Program-made: the position numbers and the translations under genes
Source of the DNA: Candidatus Iainarchaeum sp.
Lineage (GTDB): Archaea > Iainarchaeota > Iainarchaeia > Iainarchaeales > JAZDDZ01
Length of the DNA: 40,345 nucleotides
Assembly (NCBI GenBank): GCA_043809245.1
Contig: JAZDDZ010000034.1
Span: forward strand, 1-40,345
Direction: 5' to 3'
The notes under the pieces: generated by a model
The model's input: only the letters and a program-made list of their open reading frames with translations
The model's database searches: none
Told to the model about the DNA's origin: nothing
Shown here: in pieces, positions 1 to 6,346 of the stretch
How the letters are laid out: each line of letters opens with the position of its first letter
Numbering within the stretch: the stretch's first letter is position 1

Positions 1-141
1 CACTACAGAAGCAATGCGCAAATACGTTACAGAAAGCCAACAAAAACACTGGACAGCAGAAAAACCCAAACCCGCGCAAACCACGCTACTACAATTCAAT
101 TAAACCAGTGACGCCTGCCGCTTCAGCGGCAGGTAGTTCAC
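1..141 (+). mobile_element. Right end of an IS200/IS605-family element (partial)
   Basis: TnpA-like C-terminal ORF ends at 103, followed by a perfect subterminal hairpin CCTGCCGC-TTCA-GCGGCAGG (114-133) and TAGTTCAC (134-141), the typical IS200/IS605 right-end layout. Confidence 0.75.
2..103 (+). CDS. tnpA: C-terminus of IS200-type Y1 (HUH) transposase TnpA, 5' truncated by the window edge
   Basis: Frame +2 reads TTEAMRKYVTESQQKHWTAEKPKPAQTTLLQFN*. The e-x-x-r-k-Y-V..Q segment matches the catalytic-Tyr helix of Y1 transposases and lies directly upstream of an IS hairpin end. Confidence 0.65.
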   Translation, partial: TTEAMRKYVTESQQKHWTAEKPKPAQTTLLQFN

Positions 142-569
142 AAATTGCATTGCTAGTTTTTGACACTATTCTGTTTTTTTTGCTAGCCTATACCAGTTTG
201 GTGTTAGCAGGTTTTTTTACAGAAAGTGCCTCCACAAGTTTGCAGTTGCCAGAAGCCGATAGCTTTATTGTTGGAACTTGGATACTTGAAGAAGAAGGAA
301 ATGTTATCGAGATGACTTTTTCTGAGCCGGGAAAAGGAACCGGGATTGCGATTGTAAAAAATTTCAATATTCACGATCCTACGGGTTATGTCGATTATTC
401 AATATTAACGCCTAAGATAATGGCATTTCAATGGGCAATCTACAATTCTGAATATCCTAAAGAAACTTTAGGAAGTGCAAGAGAAACTTACGAATATGAA
501 TTCAAAGGAAATACGCTTATTTTGACTTCTACAACAAGCGATAAAGTTATTACATTAACAAGAAAATAG
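142..569 (+). pseudogene. Membrane-anchored protein with lipocalin-like (GxW) domain, N-terminus cut by the IS
   Basis: The ORF-track start at 108 lies inside the IS end. After 141 the frame encodes a hydrophobic helix and then IVGTWILEE...YEYEFKGNTLILT, a lipocalin-like beta-barrel pattern. The DNA is AT-rich. Confidence 0.45.
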
Positions 570-589
570 CATGCTGTTGATTAAACTGT

Positions 590-853
590 TCAGAAGAATT
601 GGCTGTACCATTTTTTGTATTCCTTGTGGTTTCCGGCAAAGTAGAACCTTATTTCTTGTTTTTCTTCGAAAACCATGTACAAAATCCTGTTCTGACCCAC
701 ATTGTCAACAAAAAATTTTGCGCCGCCTCCAAGGTGCCTTTTCTGGGGGTGTTCAAGAATTTTTTGTATTTTCTTTGTAACGCGTTCCTGTATCTTGTGC
801 TCCAATTTGTCAAAATATTCAGGCCAGTCTTTGTGAAAAGTTGCTTTGTGCAT
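590..853 (-). CDS. RelE/ParE-family toxin
   Basis: 87 aa with ...KIQERVTKKIQKILEHP...VGQNRILYMV..., a RelE-like pattern; directly downstream of a small RHH gene. Confidence 0.7.
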   Translation of the reverse strand: MHKATFHKDWPEYFDKLEHKIQERVTKKIQKILEHPQKRHLGGGAKFFVDNVGQNRILYMVFEEKQEIRFYFAGNHKEYKKWYSQFF

Positions 854-860
854 ATTTTTT

Positions 861-1103
861 CTACTTCAATAATTTTGCATACTTTCCTAATGCTTCCTCA
901 GGAGTCAAAAGCCTGCTTTTTCCTTCATCTATCTCCTTATTCAGCCTGTCAAGCTTTCTGTTAACCAATTCCACTTCCCCTAAATGATGCTCCCCAAAAT
1001 CAACAATTGCAAGCCTGACCGCTTCTGACTGGGAATTGGCATAACCTTGTTTAACAAGTGTCTCCACTATTTCCTTAGTTCTGCCCTTTAAAATCACATT
1101 CAT
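861..1103 (-). CDS. Ribbon-helix-helix (CopG/ParD-like) antitoxin
   Basis: MNVILKGRTKEIVETLVKQGYANSQSEAVRLAI matches the archaeal RHH motif (LV..G.Y.s.SEavR.A). ATG at 1103 follows a GGTGG SD, and a TATA-like box lies at about 1141-1148. Confidence 0.75.
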   Translation of the reverse strand: MNVILKGRTKEIVETLVKQGYANSQSEAVRLAIVDFGEHHLGEVELVNRKLDRLNKEIDEGKSRLLTPEEALGKYAKLLK

Positions 1104-1174
1104 AAAAAAACCACCTATAACTATATTTCCCATTTAACTGATTTAAATATGTATCGTTAATGCTTCAAAGCGGA

Positions 1175-2440
1175 TTATTCAAACCTTCTCATCAGCAGCC
1201 CGCTCAGGATTTTCGGCTGGAAGCACGTTGTCTTTGGGGGCATTTTTTCTCGGCTTAAGGAAATTTTTTTCACTTGTTTTACGCTCACAGGGTTTAAGAT
1301 GAAAGCCATTTCCCCTTTGCCTTGGTTCACGGCTTCAATTGCCTCGTTTTCATCGGTTGGATAATTCGTGTAAGTTTTGTGGTCCGCTCCCTCAGGGGGG
1401 TTAAGCAATGGCTTCACTACAAGCTCTAAAAGAATCGCAGTGTCAATTTCCCCCAATTCCTTTGAATAGCCCAGTTTAGCCAATGCGTTTTTTTCCTTTA
1501 ACGACAAAAGATACAGCTTTTCTTTCGGCAGCGCAAGGCAAAACGAATGCTTTTTTTCAAGCTTTGCAAGCTGCTTAATGCAATCCTTTGCAGTGGTTTC
1601 CGAAACAATGAAATCCTTTTTCAGCCCATGCAAAAAGTTTTTCTCATTTGCCTTCAAGCCAAAAATAACTCGGTGGAATGGCTTTACATGCAGGCCCCTG
1701 TTTTTTTCCCCGGTGAGAAAAGCGCTGATGTAAGCTGAATCGCTGGAGGGGAATTGTTGGTAGAATTCCCAAGCGGTTATGTAGCGGTGGTGGCCGTCTG
1801 CAATGAAAACCCTTTTGCGTTTCAGGAACTTTTGAATTTTCCCAAGGTCCTTGGCTTTTTTGATGCGCCACACGCGGTGCTGCATTTTGTTCTCATCCAT
1901 CAAAGCAATGAACGGCTTTTCTTTTTTCATTATCCTCTTTGAAACCCTTTCAACCGCATCGCTTCCTTTTCCCTGCTCGTAAAAGCACAAAATCTGCTCT
2001 AAGTTTGCGTTTGTTGTCTTCATCAATTCAAACCTGTCCTTTTTTGGTTCGGAGTGCGTTAACTCGTGGCCGAAAACCTTTCCCTTGTCAAGTTCCTCTA
2101 ACTTCAAAAGGCAGACAATTCCCGTCCTTTCGAATTTTTTCCCATCCATTTGGAAATTCTGCGTGTAAACGTAAATGCCTGGAGCTGAATCCTTTGCAAG
2201 GACTCCGCCTGCAAGCCATTCATTCATTTGCTTTGCGGGCTTTGTGTAATCCGCAGAGCCGTTTCCCGCGCCAACCTCGCCTGCAAGAATTAGCCTCGCG
2301 GCATTGAATTCGCTTTTCTCAAGCAGTTGCTTTTGCTGTTCCGCGGAAATCATGTCATATGGCGGCGCTAAAACCTTTGCCAAAGGCCCTGTTTTGCTTT
2401 CATCGAAATAAATTGCCTTGAAAGGTTTCACTTCAGCCAA
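1175..2440 (-). CDS. DUF1015 family protein (ParB/Srx-like IADGHHR motif)
   Basis: N-terminal ..PFKAIYF..APPYD, HELT, IADGHHRY and C-terminal MPPKTTCFQPKILSGL are characteristic of DUF1015. TTG start follows a GGTGA SD. Confidence 0.85.
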   Translation of the reverse strand: MAEVKPFKAIYFDESKTGPLAKVLAPPYDMISAEQQKQLLEKSEFNAARLILAGEVGAGNGSADYTKPAKQMNEWLAGGVLAKDSAPGIYVYTQNFQMDGKKFERTGIVCLLKLEELDKGKVFGHELTHSEPKKDRFELMKTTNANLEQILCFYEQGKGSDAVERVSKRIMKKEKPFIALMDENKMQHRVWRIKKAKDLGKIQKFLKRKRVFIADGHHRYITAWEFYQQFPSSDSAYISAFLTGEKNRGLHVKPFHRVIFGLKANEKNFLHGLKKDFIVSETTAKDCIKQLAKLEKKHSFCLALPKEKLYLLSLKEKNALAKLGYSKELGEIDTAILLELVVKPLLNPPEGADHKTYTNYPTDENEAIEAVNQGKGEMAFILNPVSVKQVKKISLSREKMPPKTTCFQPKILSGLLMRRFE

Positions 2441-2484
2441 AAAAACTCACCATCAAGAGAAAGGAGAAAAAGGAATTTAAACTG

Positions 2485-3714
2485 TTATTGCTTTGAACCG
2501 ATTGAAATGAAGAATTCCATGAAATCCTTTCCCTCAATCACCCCAATTCCTTTCGCTGCAACTGTTTTCTCGTCAAAGCATTCAACGCTTTTCTCCGGCG
2601 ACCATTCGCTGGAGTAAACAAGGAAAGGCACTTTTCCGAGCACATGGGTTTTCGCCTTGATTGGCGTCAAATGGTCAGCCATTACCGCGATGCAGAACGG
2701 AATTTTTTGCGCGTTCAGCTTTTCCACAATTCTCCCTATGGCCTTTTCATCAATGTCTTCAATAGCCTTTTTCTTTAAGTCAATTCTGCCTGCGTGCCCT
2801 GCCTCATCCGGTGCCTCAATGTGAACCAAAACAAAATCCTTTTCCTTTAGCGCTTCAACCGCTGCATCGGCTTTCCCTTCGTAGTTCGTGTCCCACAGGC
2901 CAGTAGCGCCTTTCACTTTAACCGGCTCAAGTCCAGCGCTTATTCCTATGCCGAAAATCAGGTCAACTGCGGAAATCACCGCCCCACTCAAGCCAAATTT
3001 TTCTTTGAATGAAGGAATGGCTAATTTTTTTCCGCCGCTCCAAGGCCAGATTAAATTAGCTGGGTTCTTTCCCTCTTTTTTTCTTTTCTCGTTCACAGGA
3101 TGGTTTTCCAGAACGCCTTTTGATGCCTTAATCAATTCCAAAAGTTTTTTCTGCGTTGCAGCTGATGCTCCGTTGCCGTTGGCTTTCGGAAGAATTTTTT
3201 CAATCTCCGTGCCGCACCAGTCATGCGGCTGCTCGCACTGGACTTTTCCGCAGAAATTTTTTCCACTAAGTATGAGAATCTGCCTGTAGCTCACTCCCGG
3301 AAAGAATTCAACGCCATTCCCTCCGAGCTTTTCATTCAGCGCTGCCACAAGCTCTTTTCCTTCCTCGCTTGAAAGGTGCCCCGCAGAGTAATCCTCCAGC
3401 ACTCCGTTTTTTTCAGTAACCAAATTGCACCTGAAAACAGTGTCATCAGCGCTGAACTCAACTCCCGCTGCAACTGCTTCAATCGGCCCTCTTCCGGAAA
3501 AATATTTTTTTGGGTCATAACCCAAAAGCGAGAGGTTTGCCACGGAACTGCAGAAAGGCAGCCCTTCAAAAAGGTTGTTCATTTCCCCGCAGACTCCGTG
3601 TTGCGCTAAAAAATCCATGTTCTTTTTCTTTGCCGCCTCTAAAACGGTTTTGCCGTTTAATTGCTCCAATGGCCAGTCGCACATTCCGTCGGATACAACC
3701 AAAATGAATTTCAT
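2485..3714 (-). CDS. apgM: Cofactor-independent phosphoglycerate mutase family (ApgM; subfamily proposed as alternative homoserine kinase)
   Basis: DGMCD, S.VANLSLLGYDP, GRGPIEA, DYSAGH, HIEAPDEAGH, DHLTP..KTH metal-binding motifs; overlaps the thrC stop. Confidence 0.85.
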   Translation of the reverse strand: MKFILVVSDGMCDWPLEQLNGKTVLEAAKKKNMDFLAQHGVCGEMNNLFEGLPFCSSVANLSLLGYDPKKYFSGRGPIEAVAAGVEFSADDTVFRCNLVTEKNGVLEDYSAGHLSSEEGKELVAALNEKLGGNGVEFFPGVSYRQILILSGKNFCGKVQCEQPHDWCGTEIEKILPKANGNGASAATQKKLLELIKASKGVLENHPVNEKRKKEGKNPANLIWPWSGGKKLAIPSFKEKFGLSGAVISAVDLIFGIGISAGLEPVKVKGATGLWDTNYEGKADAAVEALKEKDFVLVHIEAPDEAGHAGRIDLKKKAIEDIDEKAIGRIVEKLNAQKIPFCIAVMADHLTPIKAKTHVLGKVPFLVYSSEWSPEKSVECFDEKTVAAKGIGVIEGKDFMEFFISIGSKQ

Positions 3715-5042
3715 TTTGCATACGCCTTCAGTGATTTTTCAACAGCATTTATGTCTGCGGGAATTTTTTCAGGCCTGTTTGCCTTTCCAGAAAGCCTTTC
3801 CGCGCCCTTAACGCCTTTTCCCGCGTGAAAATCCACCAATATGCCAGGGTCCTTCAAAAGGTTTCCTGTCAGAATGCAGGCGACTTTTTCTTTCCTGTCA
3901 ATTGTTCCCGCTTCAACAAGCTTTTTCATGCCTGCAATGCTTGCGCATGAGGCTGGCTCAGCGCCTATTCCCGCTGCGTCCACTTCCAATTTTGCAGCCA
4001 TTATCTCTTCATCGCTTGCCTCTTCAACTGTTCCACCGCTCCATTTCACTGCCTTGAATGCCTTTTTCCATGAAACTGGATTCCCGATTTTTATCGCGGA
4101 TGCAATCGTGTCAGGCGTAATAGGCTTTAATTCTTCCCTTCCGCTTTTCCACAGTGAGTAAAAAGGATTGGCTCCCGAAGCCTGAATTACCGCGAGGCGC
4201 GGTATTTTTTCAATCAGGCCGAGGGCTTTCAATTCCATCAGCGCTTTTCCGAATGCAGACGTGTTCCCCAGATTTCCTCCCGGCAATACAATCCAGTCAG
4301 GCGAATTCCACTGCATTTGCTGCAGCAATTCAAATACAATTGCTTTCTGGCCTTCAATGCGGAAAGGGTTGATTGAGTTCAGCAAATAAATCCTCAGCTT
4401 TGCGCAGACTTCCTGCACTAATTTCATCGCATCATCAAAATTTCCGTCAACCTCAAATGTCTTTGAACCGTATGCAAGCGCCTGCGCAAGCTTTCCGAAT
4501 GAAATATTTCCAGAGGGCACGAACACCATTGACTGCATTCCCGCGAACGCCGCGTATGAAGCCATTGAAGCGGAAGTGTTTCCAGTTGAAGCGCATGCAA
4601 CTGTTCTTGTGCCCAAAGCGTTTGCGGCTGTTATGCCTGTTGTCATTCCCCTGTCCTTGAACGAGCCAGTGGGATTTTCCCCTTCGTGCTTTAAAAAAAA
4701 TTCTTTCAATCCAACAAATTCCGCGAGTTTTCTTCCCGAAGGATAAAGCCTTGTGTTTCCCTCTAACCTTGAAACAATTGTCTTATCGCTTACTTCCGGA
4801 AGAATCAGTTCCTTGTAGCGCCAGACGCCGCTGTTCACTGGAAAAGAGCATTCATTCAGCCTTTTGTCAAAAAGCCGCAGTGAAACAGTTTCCTTTAACG
4901 CTTCAAGGTCGTGGTGCACTTCCAGCAGGCCGCTGCAATCGCAGCGGTACAATGGCTTTTCAAACAGGGGATACTCTTTTCCGCATTCAATGCATTTAAG
5001 CGCTCCCGCTGTGCTTTCGCTGATTTGTCCCACCCAAAGCAT
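3711..5042 (-). CDS. thrC: Threonine synthase
   Basis: N-terminal CxxC..CxC zinc knuckle, KHEGENPTGSFKDRG (PLP lysine), CASTGNTSAS, NSINPFRIEGQK, PGGNLGN, EPAS, ILTGNLLKDP. Confidence 0.93.
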   Translation of the reverse strand: MLWVGQISESTAGALKCIECGKEYPLFEKPLYRCDCSGLLEVHHDLEALKETVSLRLFDKRLNECSFPVNSGVWRYKELILPEVSDKTIVSRLEGNTRLYPSGRKLAEFVGLKEFFLKHEGENPTGSFKDRGMTTGITAANALGTRTVACASTGNTSASMASYAAFAGMQSMVFVPSGNISFGKLAQALAYGSKTFEVDGNFDDAMKLVQEVCAKLRIYLLNSINPFRIEGQKAIVFELLQQMQWNSPDWIVLPGGNLGNTSAFGKALMELKALGLIEKIPRLAVIQASGANPFYSLWKSGREELKPITPDTIASAIKIGNPVSWKKAFKAVKWSGGTVEEASDEEIMAAKLEVDAAGIGAEPASCASIAGMKKLVEAGTIDRKEKVACILTGNLLKDPGILVDFHAGKGVKGAERLSGKANRPEKIPADINAVEKSLKAYAK

Positions 5043-5052
5043 TTTTCTTGCA

Positions 5053-5066
5053 GAAACCTTTTTAAA
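5053..5066 (+). promoter_or_regulatory. BRE/TATA promoter for the carA leader and carAB
   Basis: GAAA-CC-TTTTTAAA, 28 nt upstream of the ATG at 5095. A divergent BRE/TATA for thrC lies on the minus strand at about 5103-5120. Confidence 0.55.
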
Positions 5067-5094
5067 CTCTGTCCAGCATTACTTCATTTTTAGG

Positions 5095-5178
5095 ATGAAG
5101 CTTTTTAAAAAAATTTTTCGCCTTTTTTTCCGCAAACCCTTATTTTTCAGCGTTCTTTTTTTGGGGGCAACTGAATGA
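5095..5178 (+). CDS. Putative U-rich leader peptide coupled to carA (MKLFKKIFRLFFRKPLFFSVLFLGATE)
   Basis: ATG at promoter-appropriate distance from the TATA box; several T5-T7 runs; stop overlaps the carA start (ATGA). Confidence 0.4.
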   Translation: MKLFKKIFRLFFRKPLFFSVLFLGATE

Positions 5179-6251
5179 AGGCAGTTAAAGGCGTTTTGTC
5201 CCTTGAAGACGGCTCAAAGTGGAGCGGCATTTCATTCGGCGCAAACAAGGCAATGGCTGGGGAAGTTGTCTTTAACACTGGAATGGTTGGCTATCCAGAA
5301 AGCCTGACTGACCCAAGCTATAAGGGCCAGATTTTATGCCTGACTTATCCCCTTATAGGCAATTATGGTGTTCCCCCTAGGAAAAAAAACCGCTTTGGCC
5401 TGCATGAATTCTTTGAATCATGCAAGATTCAGGCCTCAGGGCTTGTCGTTGCCGATTATTCAATGGATTACTCCCATTGGAATGCAGAAAAATCATTGGG
5501 GGCGTGGCTTAAAAGCGAAGGCATTCCCGCTGTAACGGGAATTGATACCCGCGCATTAACAAAAAAGCTAAGGGAAAAGGGCACAATGCTGGGCAAATTA
5601 GAGTTTGGAGCGCAAAAAACAGGTTTTTTTGACCCAAACAAGGAAAACATAGTGAAAGAGGTCAGCCCGAAAAAGTTACAGGTTTACGGCAAAAGAGGCA
5701 AGAAAATCCTGTTGCTTGACTGCGGCGCAAAAAACAATATTTTGAACAATTTTCTCAACCGCGGCTTAAGGGTCATTCGCGCGCCATGGAATTTCAATCC
5801 ATTCAAGAAAAAAATTGACTTTGACGCTTTATTCATCTCAAATGGGCCAGGGGACCCAAAACAATGCATTCAAACAATTGAAACAGTCCGCGAAGCATTA
5901 AAGCGTGAAATTCCAACTCTTGGAATCTGCCTGGGCAACCAGATTCTTGCACTTGCGGCAGGCGCAGACACTTACAAATTAAAGTACGGCCACCGCTCGC
6001 AAAACCAGCCCGCTTTACTGGTTGGCTCGCAGCGCTGTTTAATCACCTCGCAAAACCACGGCTTTGCAGTCAACGAAAAAACTCTGCCGAATGGCTGGCT
6101 GCCATGGTTCAGGAACTTAAACGACGGAAGCAACGAAGGCATCAGGCACAAATCACTTCCATTCCGCTCAGTGCAATTCCACCCCGAATCCACGCCGGGA
6201 CCGAATGACGCGAATTATTTGTTCGAGGAATTCTTGGGGGAAATGAAATGA
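5175..6251 (+). CDS. carA: Carbamoyl-phosphate synthase small subunit
   Basis: GEVVFNTGMVGYPESLTDPSYKGQIL, GIDTRALT, SNGPGDP, GICLG(N)Q, SQNHGFAV, VQFHPE. Confidence 0.97.
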   Translation: MKAVKGVLSLEDGSKWSGISFGANKAMAGEVVFNTGMVGYPESLTDPSYKGQILCLTYPLIGNYGVPPRKKNRFGLHEFFESCKIQASGLVVADYSMDYSHWNAEKSLGAWLKSEGIPAVTGIDTRALTKKLREKGTMLGKLEFGAQKTGFFDPNKENIVKEVSPKKLQVYGKRGKKILLLDCGAKNNILNNFLNRGLRVIRAPWNFNPFKKKIDFDALFISNGPGDPKQCIQTIETVREALKREIPTLGICLGNQILALAAGADTYKLKYGHRSQNQPALLVGSQRCLITSQNHGFAVNEKTLPNGWLPWFRNLNDGSNEGIRHKSLPFRSVQFHPESTPGPNDANYLFEEFLGEMK

Positions 6252-6346
6252 AAAAGCTTGAGGCGCGCGGACTTGTTGAACGCATTGGCAGAATCGCGCC
6301 AAATAGGTCGCTTATTTGGAAACTCAAAGTGGAGGTGGCAGCATAG
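6248..6346 (+). CDS. 32-aa mini-ORF between carA and carB (winged-helix-like remnant or translational relay)
   Basis: MKKLEARGLVERIGRIAPNRSLIWKLKVEVAA*. ATG overlaps the carA TGA, TAG overlaps the candidate ATA start of carB, and the ORF contains the GGAGGTG SD. Confidence 0.4.
   Translation: MKKLEARGLVERIGRIAPNRSLIWKLKVEVAA

Noticed and set aside
5062-5087. Tiny minus-strand uORFs upstream of thrC (MK*, MLDRV*)
   Set aside because: No Thr/Ile codons or associated structure, so no support for a thr attenuator.
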